Positions 9,840 through 18,638 of a DNA stretch of 32,508 nt are shown in pieces. Numbering within the stretch: position 1 is the stretch's first letter; the number at the start of each line of letters is the position of its first letter. The notes below the pieces were generated by a model. It did not search any database. It had not been told where the DNA came from and saw nothing but the letters and a program-made list of their open reading frames with translations. Position numbers and translations under genes: made by a program. Source of the stretch: Candidatus Sulfopaludibacter sp. SbA3. Lineage in GTDB: Bacteria > Acidobacteriota > Terriglobia > Bryobacterales > Bryobacteraceae. Location: the NCBI GenBank assembly GCA_945861255.1, contig CAMAUG010000001.1, positions 1 to 32,508 on the forward strand. Reading direction: 5' to 3'.

Positions 9840-9866
9840 ACGCCATAGCCCGGGCGCACCGCCGCG

Positions 9867-10628
9867 CTACTCGACCCGTTCCATCCCATGTTTTTTGATG
9901 GTCTGCGTCATCGCGGGGCGGTTCAGGAATTCGACGAGGGCCTTCCCCGCCGCGGCGTTCTTTGAACCCGTGCTCACTGCCGAGGCCATGGTGGTGTAGT
10001 TCTGTAAGTCTCCCGGCAGGGGCCCAAGGAACTGTAGGCCTTTCACGGGTATGATCTCGCTCATGAGCGTGAGGATGTACTCAGCCTCGCCTTTCGCCAC
10101 GCCTTCGGGGGCGCGACCGGCGGGATACAGCTTGATCTTAGGACGCATGGCATCCGCGATTCCCAGCCGCTCAAACGCTTTTTCACTCGTGGCCCGGCTG
10201 GCGCCATCCACGGTGAGCGCCACAGACTTCGCCTTGAGCATCGCTTGCTTGAACGCCTCGGCGGTAGCGATATTCACCTTGGGGGCACCCGCGGGGGCAC
10301 CCATTCCAACGCCGGCCCGCGCCACGTTATGCCCGCCTGGGGTGAGCTTACCTTGTTTCGTCAAGTCCGCAATGGCATCGGTAGCGATGATGGTGACATC
10401 AAACGCCTCGCCCGCTGCAATTCTCTTCTTAAGCGACGCGGAGGTGCTGTACTCAATGTTGAGCGGACGGCCCACGGCGCGTTCCGCCTCCGCACGCACG
10501 TCGTCCAGAACGGCCTTCACGCCGTTGCCGGCGAGGACCCGCAGCGCCGGAGACTGCGCGGGCGCCGGCATGGCGATCCACAGAAGCACTGCGCCGGCGA
10601 GGGCGGCGGGAACAAATCGATTATTCAT
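9867..10628 (-). CDS. ModA-like (molybdate/tungstate-type) periplasmic substrate-binding protein, orphan
   Basis: 253 aa with a GAAGGAAG Shine-Dalgarno and a signal peptide ending APAQS. It has a ModA-like layout (LRVLAGNGVKAVLDDV..., DVTIIATDAIADL). No permease or ATPase gene is adjacent. Confidence 0.7.
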   Translation of the reverse strand: MNNRFVPAALAGAVLLWIAMPAPAQSPALRVLAGNGVKAVLDDVRAEAERAVGRPLNIEYSTSASLKKRIAAGEAFDVTIIATDAIADLTKQGKLTPGGHNVARAGVGMGAPAGAPKVNIATAEAFKQAMLKAKSVALTVDGASRATSEKAFERLGIADAMRPKIKLYPAGRAPEGVAKGEAEYILTLMSEIIPVKGLQFLGPLPGDLQNYTTMASAVSTGSKNAAAGKALVEFLNRPAMTQTIKKHGMERVE

Positions 10629-10702
10629 GAATACACTTCCTTCGGTGCGTTTTAGTGTACACCTTGGAGCTGCGCTCCCGTTCTCCGGAACGCTGCCTGG
10701 CG

Positions 10703-12253
10703 CTACTTCGCAGTGGCGGCGGCTTGATTCGAATTTGGACTCTCTCCGTTAGCATTCACAGCGGAAACCACGTAGTAATACGTCCGGCCGGTTTGCAGTC
10801 CCGTGTTGGTGTATGCAGTACCAGCCACGCCGGTAGCGATCACGCTGTACGGGCCGCCATTCGTGGTGCTGCGTTTGACGTTGTAGCTGACGGCTCCCGT
10901 GGCTCCGGACCAGGACAGTGCCACTTTCTTCTTGCCGGGCGACGCGGTTAATCCCGTGGGCGCGGAAGGCGGCTGCGGTGCGGAGGGCGTTGCACTGGCC
11001 GCATTGGACGCCGGGCTCTCGCCGCCCGCGTTGACTGCGTTCACGACATAGAAGTAGGTTGTGCCGTTGACGACGGCCGCGTCCGTGTAAGTGGTCCCCG
11101 GCACGCCCGTGGCCAGGGACGCGTAAGGCCCGCCACTCATGGCGCCACGTTTCACGCTGTAGCTGGCTGCGCCCGAGGACGCGCTCCAACTCAAGCTCAC
11201 TTGTACGTTTCCGGGAGACGCCGTTAACCCGGTGGGCGCTTCAGGCGGCTGAGGAGGTCCTGAGGTCCAAGTGTCCTTCACAGCTTGCAACCAATCGGCC
11301 GGATCGCGAAACCCTGGGTCCTGCTCGTTGTGTATGAACCTGCCGGTGTAACCCGCCGCTGCGGTTCCGCAAACGCTCCCGGCCGGGACGCCGTTGAGCA
11401 GCCGCCCCTGTACATTATCGGTGCCGTTCAAATTGCAGGCGTTGGTTCCGGGCACGCCGATGTTCCAGGTGGGATGCAGCGTGAGCATGTTGTTCTTCAG
11501 CTCCAGTATCTTGTCGCCCGGCACCGGCGCCTGGTTGCGGCCATGGGTCATATAAGCTTCCACGCTGCAACTGGAGGCCGCCATGCCATGCCACTGAATC
11601 GCGGTCCACGGATTGGCGCCGTAAAACGCAAGCAACTCCTGGTTGGTGGGCTGAAACATGTTGTCGACGTTATGCGCGCAGTCCGCTACCTGGTAGGACG
11701 TCTGGCACGAACTGGTCTGGGAGTTCGCCAAGCGGTGCGCGCCGCACATCAGATAGCTACGCGAGTTGGTGTCGCGAAAGATGGTGACGCCTTGGTTCTC
11801 CGTCGTGCTGTCATAGATGGGGTGCGGCGCCTGATGGCTCAACTCACGATCCGCGATGGGATCCACGATGAACGTTCCCCAGCCGCGGTCCACCTCTCCG
11901 TTACCGTTCGCGTCCTGGACTTCCATGAAAAGGCAATAACCCTTGCCGTTGCCCATGTCGACGAAGGTGCGGAGTTGCATGACTCCGGACAAGCTCGCGG
12001 GCACGGCGAAGTTGCACGACCCTTCAAGCATCTGCCGCACCACCGTTCGCCACTCGGCTTGCTGCGTGGCGCTGGGAGCGATAAATCCGTTGGATCCGCT
12101 GCCGGGCATCTGCCCGCGAATGCATGTGACCAGGGCATCAAGCGTCGTGGCCGTTGAGCAGGTAAGATCGGCGGCATGCACGTCCATGGGCCCGCCGAAA
12201 AGGCCGAACAGAATAAGTGTTAGCGCAAAAACATACCGCCAATTCGATGTCAT
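10703..12253 (-). CDS. Secreted protein: Cys-rich N-terminal domain of unrecognised family plus two C-terminal FN3 domains
   Basis: 516 aa with a signal peptide (cleavage near VHA/AD). An approximately 300-aa domain with 10 Cys is followed by two roughly 92-aa fibronectin-III-like repeats (PTGLTASPG...SLSWS...SY.VKR....GPY........T.YTD/N......TYYYVV.AVNA.GESP.SN). Confidence 0.85.
   Translation of the reverse strand: MTSNWRYVFALTLILFGLFGGPMDVHAADLTCSTATTLDALVTCIRGQMPGSGSNGFIAPSATQQAEWRTVVRQMLEGSCNFAVPASLSGVMQLRTFVDMGNGKGYCLFMEVQDANGNGEVDRGWGTFIVDPIADRELSHQAPHPIYDSTTENQGVTIFRDTNSRSYLMCGAHRLANSQTSSCQTSYQVADCAHNVDNMFQPTNQELLAFYGANPWTAIQWHGMAASSCSVEAYMTHGRNQAPVPGDKILELKNNMLTLHPTWNIGVPGTNACNLNGTDNVQGRLLNGVPAGSVCGTAAAGYTGRFIHNEQDPGFRDPADWLQAVKDTWTSGPPQPPEAPTGLTASPGNVQVSLSWSASSGAASYSVKRGAMSGGPYASLATGVPGTTYTDAAVVNGTTYFYVVNAVNAGGESPASNAASATPSAPQPPSAPTGLTASPGKKKVALSWSGATGAVSYNVKRSTTNGGPYSVIATGVAGTAYTNTGLQTGRTYYYVVSAVNANGESPNSNQAAATAK
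10706..11257 (-). repeat. Tandem FN3 domain repeat (protein level, about 55% identity by eye)
   Basis: The two consecutive units lie at about 10982-11257 and 10706-10981. Both start with a P-rich linker (PPQPPEAPTGL / APQPPSAPTGL). Confidence 0.8.
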
Positions 12254-12385
12254 AGCACCCTCCTAAGGAACAGCATGGCCAGCGTAGCACGGCGGGCAGC
12301 AAACCAAAGTACTAAGGTGATTTCGTTCGGCCCCGCTTACGTTCCGCCTCTGTGGCGATGCGTATCCGGCCCCTGCAGTCACGCT

Positions 12386-13606
12386 ATGGTAGCGGCGTGC
12401 CATGCTTGTAAGGTGGAAACCGCCGGCAAGATTTTGAAGAAGAGCAGCGGACTGGCGTCGCGGTCAGCCGTTGTGGTGAACCGCAAGGGGGCGGATCGCG
12501 TCGCCAGCGGGCATCCATGGATCTTTGCCAGCGACGTTGTGGCCCACGGCGGCGCGCAGCCCGGCGACGCAGTCAGCGTAGTGGATCCTCGCGGGAAAAC
12601 GCTGGGTAACGCGCACTACAGTTCCACTTCACAGATCACTCTGCGAATGCTGGGACGGGAGCCGGTGGACAAAACGTTTTTCCTCCACCGCCTGTCTGCC
12701 GCCATCGCGCATCGTGAGCGCGTGGTCGAGCGCTCCAATGCCTGCCGCCTGGTGTTTTCCGAAGCCGATTTGCTGCCCGGCCTGATCGTGGATCGCTACG
12801 ACCGTTGCCTGGTGATGCAGACACTCACGCAGGGCATGGACCGTGCGCGCGACCTGATTGCGCATTGCCTCACGGAACTGTTGGCCCCGGCGGGCATCCT
12901 GGCGCGCAATGACGCCGGCGTTCGAAAGCTGGAAGGACTTGAACAAGAGGTGGTCACGCTCTCGGGTGAAGTTCCGGAACGCGTGCACATCGAAATGAAC
13001 GGCCTGAAGCTTGAAGCGGATCTCCTGCGTGGACAAAAAACGGGCGTGTATCTGGATCAGCGCGAAAATTACGGCGCGGCGGCGCGGTGGGCCCGGGGGC
13101 GTGTGCTCGATTGCTTCACCTCCACGGGCGGCTTCGCGCTGCACGCGGCAGGGAAGGCCGAATCCGTGGAGGCTGTCGATTCTTCGGGGAGCGCTCTGGA
13201 GACGGCGGCCGCGAACGCGCAAGCAAACGACATTTCCAATATCCGTTGGCGTCAAGCGGATCTCTTCGAATTTCTATCCGGAATCGAGCGCCGCTACTCC
13301 ATGGTGATCCTGGACCCGCCGGCGTTCGCGAAATCGCGCCGGGACGTCGAAGCCGCCGCGCGCGGCTACAAGGAGATCAACCTGCGCGCGCTGCGGCTGC
13401 TCGATTCCGGCGGTGTTCTGGTCACGTGCTCCTGTTCGCATCATATGAGCGAAGCCGCGCTGTTCCAAATTGTGGCCGAAGCCGCGCTGGACGCCGGCAA
13501 AACACTGCGCGTACTGGAACGGCGGACGCAGTCAGCCGACCACCCGATATTACTCACAGTACCCGAGACCCATTACCTGAAGTGCTTGATCCTACAGGTG
13601 ATATAG
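12386..13606 (+). CDS. RlmI/YwbD-like class I SAM-dependent rRNA (cytosine-C5) methyltransferase (PUA + MTase)
   Basis: An N-terminal PUA-like segment (VVNRKGADRVASGHPWIFASDV) is followed by a Rossmann MTase core (VLDCFTSTGGFALHAA, ILDPPAFAK, LVTCSCSHH). The start is uncertain: the ORF is open from 12275, and ATG 12386 gives a typical length of about 406 aa. Confidence 0.8.
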   Translation: MVAACHACKVETAGKILKKSSGLASRSAVVVNRKGADRVASGHPWIFASDVVAHGGAQPGDAVSVVDPRGKTLGNAHYSSTSQITLRMLGREPVDKTFFLHRLSAAIAHRERVVERSNACRLVFSEADLLPGLIVDRYDRCLVMQTLTQGMDRARDLIAHCLTELLAPAGILARNDAGVRKLEGLEQEVVTLSGEVPERVHIEMNGLKLEADLLRGQKTGVYLDQRENYGAAARWARGRVLDCFTSTGGFALHAAGKAESVEAVDSSGSALETAAANAQANDISNIRWRQADLFEFLSGIERRYSMVILDPPAFAKSRRDVEAAARGYKEINLRALRLLDSGGVLVTCSCSHHMSEAALFQIVAEAALDAGKTLRVLERRTQSADHPILLTVPETHYLKCLILQVI

Positions 13607-13628
13607 GTCTTTTTCAGATGCAAGCAGG

Positions 13629-13657
13629 TTGCGAAACCCCCGCTTTCGCGTTATGCT
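13629..13657 (+). promoter_or_regulatory. Candidate sigma-70 promoter for the pyrophosphatase gene
   Basis: TTGCGA (13629-13634), a 17-nt spacer, then TATGCT (13652-13657), about 100 nt upstream of the ATG at 13755. Confidence 0.3.
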
Positions 13658-13754
13658 GACAGGAGCAAGCGGGGCTGTTGTGCAGCGCCGCTTCGCCGGG
13701 CCACCTTAGGTGACGGCCCATCTTCTCGTAACCCCCACTGGAGGTTTGTCCCGA

Positions 13755-16199
13755 ATGCTAAAGACCTTTTCGCCTGGCCTTAGCAAGCGCGCCGTGTCGC
13801 TTTTCCTGCTGGCGCTGATCGCGCTTTCTTTTTCCACGCCCGTCTTCGCGCAAGGTGAAGCGGAATTAAAATTGCCCGACCTCAACCAGGCCGTGTTCCT
13901 TAATGGCGCCGTGAGCGGCCCTACGCTGCTGCTGATAGGCTTGGCGGTGAGCGCGCTCGGCTTTGTTTTCGGCTTGATGATGTATACGCACCTGCGTAAC
14001 CTGCCGGTGCACAAGTCGATGCTCGAAATCTCGGAGCTCATTTATGAGACCTGCAAAACATACTTGATCACGCAGGGCAAGTTCCTGATGATTCTCGAAA
14101 CTTTCATCGGCGCGATCATCCTGTTCTACTTCGGATTCCTTCTGAACATGCCCGCTTTCCAAGTGGCGATCATTCTGATCTTCAGCATCATCGGGATTTT
14201 GGGCAGCTATGGTGTGGCGTGGTTCGGCATCCGCGTAAACACGTTCGCGAACTCGCGCACGGCCTTCGCCAGCCTGGGAGGGAAGCCGTACCTCTGCTAT
14301 GCGATTCCGCTGCGAGCCGGAATGAGCATCGGCATGTTGCTGATCTCCGTGGAGCTGTTTCTGATGCTGTGCATCTTGTTGTTCATCCCCGGCGACTACG
14401 CCGGCCCGTGTTTCATCGGCTTCGCCATCGGCGAATCGCTGGGCGCGGCCGCGCTGCGCGTGGCGGGCGGCATCTTCACCAAGATCGCCGATATCGGCGC
14501 GGACTTGATGAAGATTGTGTTCAAGATCAAGGAAGACGACGCGCGCAACCCCGGCGTGATCGCGGACTGCACCGGCGATAACGCGGGCGATTCCGTGGGG
14601 CCTTCGGCCGATGGTTTCGAAACCTATGGCGTCACGGGCGTGGCGCTGATCACGTTCATCCTGTTGGCGGTGACCAATGACATTACCAAGGTCGAGCTGC
14701 TGGTCTGGATCTTCGTGATGCGCGTGATGATGATCATCGCCAGCGGCCTCTCCTACTTCGTCAATGAAGCCATGGCGAAGGCCCGCTATCAGAACGTGGA
14801 CGCCATGAACTACGAAGCGCCGCTGACCACCCTGGTGTGGCTGACCTCCATCGTTTCCATCGCCGCGACCTATCTGGTTTCCTACTTCATGATTCCGGAG
14901 CTGGGCGGCGATTCGACCATGTGGTGGAAGCTTTCTTCCATCATCACGTGCGGCACGCTGGCCGGCGCCATCATTCCGGAGCTGGTCAAGGTTTTCACTT
15001 CCGTGGAATCCAGCCACGTCAAGGAAGTGGTCTCCAGCTCTCGCGAGGGCGGAGCGTCGCTCAATATTTTGTCCGGCTTGGTGGCGGGCAACTTCAGCGC
15101 CTATTGGATGGGATTGACGATGATGGCCTTGATGGCGATCGCCTACGGCGTGAGTACTTCCATGCCGGGCGGCATTTTCCTTCAGAATTCGGGCGCTGTG
15201 TTCGCCTTCGGCCTGGTAGCTTTCGGGTTCCTGGGCATGGGGCCGGTCACCATCGCGGTGGATTCCTACGGTCCCGTGACCGACAACGCGCAGTCCGTGT
15301 ATGAGCTGAGCATGATCGAAACGCTGCCGAACATCAAGAACGAAGTCAAGAAAGATTTCGGCGTCGACATTGATTTCGAAAAGGCCAAACACAATCTGGA
15401 AGCCAACGACGGCGCAGGCAATACGTTCAAGGCGACAGCGAAGCCCGTGCTGATAGGCACGGCCGTGGTGGGCGCGACCACCATGATTTTCTCGATCATC
15501 GTGAGCCTGACCAACGGCTTGACCGAGAATCTGCAAAACCTGTCTTTGCTATACCCGCCATTTCTGCTTGGACTCATCAGCGGCGGCGCGGTCATCTATT
15601 GGTTCACCGGCGCATCGATCCAAGCCGTGACCACGGGCGCATATCGCGCGGTGGAGTTCATTAAGGCCAACATCAAGTTGGAAGGCGTCACGAAAGCGTC
15701 GGTTGCGGATTCGAAAAAGGTGGTGGAAATCTGCACACAATACGCGCAGAAGGGCATGTTCAACATCTTCCTGACAGTGTTCTTCTCCACGCTGGCGTTT
15801 GCGTTCTTCGAGCCGTATTTCTTTATCGGCTACCTGATCTCGATCGCCCTGTTCGGCTTGTATCAAGCCATCTTCATGGCCAACGCCGGCGGCGCTTGGG
15901 ATAATGCGAAGAAGATCGTCGAAGTAGAGCTGAAGGCCAAAGGCACTCCGCTGCACGACGCCACTGTGGTGGGCGACACGGTGGGCGATCCGTTCAAGGA
16001 TACGTCGAGCGTTGCATTGAACCCGATCATCAAGTTCACCACTCTATTCGGCCTGCTAGCCGTTGAGTTGGCGGTGTCGATGACTGAAAAACAGGGCGCT
16101 GGTCTCACTACTGGACTGGCCGTGGTTTTCTTGCTGATCTCCATGGTGTTCGTGTACCGCTCGTTCTACGGGATGCGGATTCAGAGCGGAAAAGATTAG
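13755..16199 (+). CDS. hppA: Membrane-bound ion-translocating pyrophosphatase (divergent M-PPase)
   Basis: About 814 aa from ATG 13755, with GGAGG upstream (the ORF opens at GTG 13710). It is a multi-TM protein with M-PPase signatures: GADL..., NPGVIADCTGDNAGDSVG, GGAWDNAKK, VVGDTVGDPFKDTSS, LNPIIKF. Confidence 0.9.
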   Translation: MLKTFSPGLSKRAVSLFLLALIALSFSTPVFAQGEAELKLPDLNQAVFLNGAVSGPTLLLIGLAVSALGFVFGLMMYTHLRNLPVHKSMLEISELIYETCKTYLITQGKFLMILETFIGAIILFYFGFLLNMPAFQVAIILIFSIIGILGSYGVAWFGIRVNTFANSRTAFASLGGKPYLCYAIPLRAGMSIGMLLISVELFLMLCILLFIPGDYAGPCFIGFAIGESLGAAALRVAGGIFTKIADIGADLMKIVFKIKEDDARNPGVIADCTGDNAGDSVGPSADGFETYGVTGVALITFILLAVTNDITKVELLVWIFVMRVMMIIASGLSYFVNEAMAKARYQNVDAMNYEAPLTTLVWLTSIVSIAATYLVSYFMIPELGGDSTMWWKLSSIITCGTLAGAIIPELVKVFTSVESSHVKEVVSSSREGGASLNILSGLVAGNFSAYWMGLTMMALMAIAYGVSTSMPGGIFLQNSGAVFAFGLVAFGFLGMGPVTIAVDSYGPVTDNAQSVYELSMIETLPNIKNEVKKDFGVDIDFEKAKHNLEANDGAGNTFKATAKPVLIGTAVVGATTMIFSIIVSLTNGLTENLQNLSLLYPPFLLGLISGGAVIYWFTGASIQAVTTGAYRAVEFIKANIKLEGVTKASVADSKKVVEICTQYAQKGMFNIFLTVFFSTLAFAFFEPYFFIGYLISIALFGLYQAIFMANAGGAWDNAKKIVEVELKAKGTPLHDATVVGDTVGDPFKDTSSVALNPIIKFTTLFGLLAVELAVSMTEKQGAGLTTGLAVVFLLISMVFVYRSFYGMRIQSGKD

Positions 16200-16229
16200 C
16201 GAACCGACGGAAGGAAGTATCCTGGGGGC

Positions 16230-17846
16230 ATGCGTCGCTTTAGAACAACGTATGCTCCCTTTCTTATTTGTATGGCGCTCATGGCCGCGGTCCCGGACCT
16301 GGATGAATTGAATCGCATGATCGCGCGGTTCGCGCCGGTGGAACTGAAGGCGGACACGTCCGGCCTGGCCCCTGGAGACAAGCAGGCACTGGCGAAGTTG
16401 ATCGAAGCCGCACGCGTGCTGGATGGGTTGTTTGTCACGCAACGCTGGGCCGGGAACGCGGCGCTGCGGGCGCGGCTCGCCAAAGACCAATCGCCTCTGG
16501 GCAAAGCACGGCTCCGCTACTTCGACATTAACAAGGGGCCGTGGTCGGATCTGGACGGCCAGACCGCGTTCCTCGCGGGCGTTCCAGCGAAGAAGCTTCC
16601 AGGCGCGAACTTCTATCCCGAGGACATGAGCAAGGACGAATTCGAAACGTGGGCCGCCAAACTCCCCAAGGCACAGCAGGAACAGGCGCGCGGGTTCTTT
16701 ACCTTGATCCGGCGGAATGCGGCCAGGAAACTTAGCGTCGTTCCCTACAGCAAGGCCTATGCGGCGGAACTGGGGCGCGCCTCGAAGTTGCTGGAAGAGG
16801 CGGCGGCACTGACGCCCAATGCATCGCTTCAGGAATTCTTAAAGCTTCGCGCAGCGGCCTTCCGCACGGACGATTACTACGCGTCCGACGTCGCTTGGAT
16901 GAAACTGGACGCGCCCATCGACATCACCATCGGGCCGTACGAAACCTATCAAGACGAAATATTCGGTTACAAAGCCGCGTTCGAGGCGTACGTCACCGTG
17001 CGCGACGAAAAGGAGACCGCCGAGGTCAAGAGCTTCGCCGATCGCATGCAGGAGCTCGAGAACAACTTGCCGATGGACGCCAAGTACAAGAATCCCAAGC
17101 TTGGGGCGCTGGCGCCTATCCGGGTGGTCAATCAGGTTGTGGCCACCGGCGATGGCGCTCATGGCGTCCGGACAGCGGCGTTTAATCTGCCCAATGACGA
17201 ACGCATCGTGCGAGAGATGGGTTCCAAGCGCGTGATGCTCAAGAACGTCCAGGAAGCCAAGTTCGCGAAAACATTGCAGCCTATCGCGGCGCGCGTGCTG
17301 TCCACTGGCGATCAAAAAGATCTGCGCTTCGATTCCTTCTTCAGCCACATCTTGGCGCATGAAATGACACACGGCATCGGCCCGCAGAACAACGTCCGGC
17401 AGACGCTCAAGGAACAGCGCGCGGCCATCGAAGAAGCCAAGGCCGATGCCACCGGTCTGTTCATGCTGCAGTATCTGTTCGACCGCAAGGCACTGCCCGC
17501 GGCGGAGCGGCCCTTGTACACCACGTTTCTGGCGTCCTCTTTCCGGACGCTCCGGTTCGGCGTTCATGAGGCCCATGGCAAGGGTATGGCTTTGCAGTTC
17601 AACTATTTGATGGACAAGGGCGCGTTTGTCGCGAAACCCGACGGCACATTCGCCGTGGACTTCAGTAGAATCAAGCCGGCTGTGCGCGACCTGGTGCACG
17701 ATCTACTGGACGTGGAGGCCACCGGCGATTATGCTCGCGCCCGGAAGATGCTTGACGAAATGGGTGTCATCCGGCCCGCGCTCCAGAAAGCGTTGGACCG
17801 GCTGAAGGATTTGCCGACCGATATCGAACCTATTCAGCAGCCTTGA
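16230..17846 (+). CDS. DPP III-like (M49-related) zinc metallopeptidase, HEXXH variant
   Basis: 538 aa with a hydrophobic N-terminus. The zinc motifs are HILAHEMTHG and, 20 residues downstream, EEAKAD. Confidence 0.7.
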   Translation: MRRFRTTYAPFLICMALMAAVPDLDELNRMIARFAPVELKADTSGLAPGDKQALAKLIEAARVLDGLFVTQRWAGNAALRARLAKDQSPLGKARLRYFDINKGPWSDLDGQTAFLAGVPAKKLPGANFYPEDMSKDEFETWAAKLPKAQQEQARGFFTLIRRNAARKLSVVPYSKAYAAELGRASKLLEEAAALTPNASLQEFLKLRAAAFRTDDYYASDVAWMKLDAPIDITIGPYETYQDEIFGYKAAFEAYVTVRDEKETAEVKSFADRMQELENNLPMDAKYKNPKLGALAPIRVVNQVVATGDGAHGVRTAAFNLPNDERIVREMGSKRVMLKNVQEAKFAKTLQPIAARVLSTGDQKDLRFDSFFSHILAHEMTHGIGPQNNVRQTLKEQRAAIEEAKADATGLFMLQYLFDRKALPAAERPLYTTFLASSFRTLRFGVHEAHGKGMALQFNYLMDKGAFVAKPDGTFAVDFSRIKPAVRDLVHDLLDVEATGDYARARKMLDEMGVIRPALQKALDRLKDLPTDIEPIQQP

Positions 17847-18156
17847 GCTCGTCGTCCATCCAGTTGAGATATGCTTCCGCTCCGTCGATGATGGGAAGCG
17901 CGATCAGTTCTGGCACTTCGTAACCGTGAATTATTTCGATCTCGGCGCGTAATAGGGGAAACAATTGCCGGCGGGACTTGACGATCAACAGCCATTCCTC
18001 AGTGCTCTCGATGTTGTCCTTCCAGCGGTAGACGCTGGTGGTGCGCGGGACGATATTGACGCACGCGGCCAAGCGCTGTTCCACTAAGCGCCGGGCGATG
18101 CGCGCGGCTTGCTCTTCCGAATCGCAAGTGGTGAGCACGACGATCTTGTCGGTCAT
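17830..18156 (-). CDS. cutA: Divalent-cation tolerance protein CutA
   Basis: 108 aa. The sequence VVLTTCDSEEQAARIARRLVEQRLAACVNIVP...SVYRWKDNIE is typical of CutA1. The 3' end overlaps the convergent peptidase gene by 17 nt. Confidence 0.9.
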   Translation of the reverse strand: MTDKIVVLTTCDSEEQAARIARRLVEQRLAACVNIVPRTTSVYRWKDNIESTEEWLLIVKSRRQLFPLLRAEIEIIHGYEVPELIALPIIDGAEAYLNWMDDELKAAE

Positions 18157-18620
18157 TTCTTAGAATTCGTCATGGAATTTGCCGGCGTGGCAGCCGGCGG
18201 CGCGTGCGCCGGAAGCTTAGCCAGCCGCTTCTTGATCTCCGGCGCGTTCTTGGCGTCCGGCTCCAGTTCCAAATATTTCGTGTAGGCCGTGCGCGCGCCT
18301 TCGAAGTCGCGCAGCTTTTCCGATGCAGCCGCCAGTTTCAGTAACGCTTGTCCTGACGTCGGATCCCACTTGGTTGCTTCCACATACCTGCGGAAGGCCG
18401 CCCGGTAGTTCCCTTTCTTGTAGTAGAAGTTCCCGGCCGTCATATTGCGCCCGGCTTCCAAGGGATTGAACGAATATTCCTGCGGCTTTCGGTCGGGGTC
18501 TTCTTCCGGAGGTTCCTGTTCGATGGTACCGGCGGGTGACGGTGGCGTGGGTTGCTGCGCGGGAAGTGCGGGCCTGACCAGCAGGTACACCCAGACACTC
18601 AACCACACAGCGCGTGACAC
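18153..18620 (-). CDS. Secreted tetratricopeptide-repeat (TPR) protein
   Basis: 155 aa with a signal-like N-terminus and TPR-like helices (GNYRAAFRRYVEATKWDPTSGQALLKLAAASEKLRDFEGARTAYTKYLEL). The stop overlaps the cutA ATG in an ATGA. Confidence 0.7.
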   Translation of the reverse strand: MSRAVWLSVWVYLLVRPALPAQQPTPPSPAGTIEQEPPEEDPDRKPQEYSFNPLEAGRNMTAGNFYYKKGNYRAAFRRYVEATKWDPTSGQALLKLAAASEKLRDFEGARTAYTKYLELEPDAKNAPEIKKRLAKLPAHAPPAATPANSMTNSKK

Positions 18621-18638
18621 AATTTAAGTGTAGAACCA

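Noticed and set aside
10706-11257. Periodic repeat that might be mistaken for a CRISPR or other DNA repeat array
   Set aside because: The two roughly 276-nt units are in frame within one ORF and encode FN3 domains. The nucleotide identity is only moderate, and there is no spacer structure.
13866-15536. 556-aa minus-strand ORF antisense to the pyrophosphatase gene
   Set aside because: The composition is dominated by Arg, His, Gly, Asp and Gln with no recognisable motifs. It lies exactly opposite a strongly conserved M-PPase frame. This is a typical shadow ORF of high-GC DNA.
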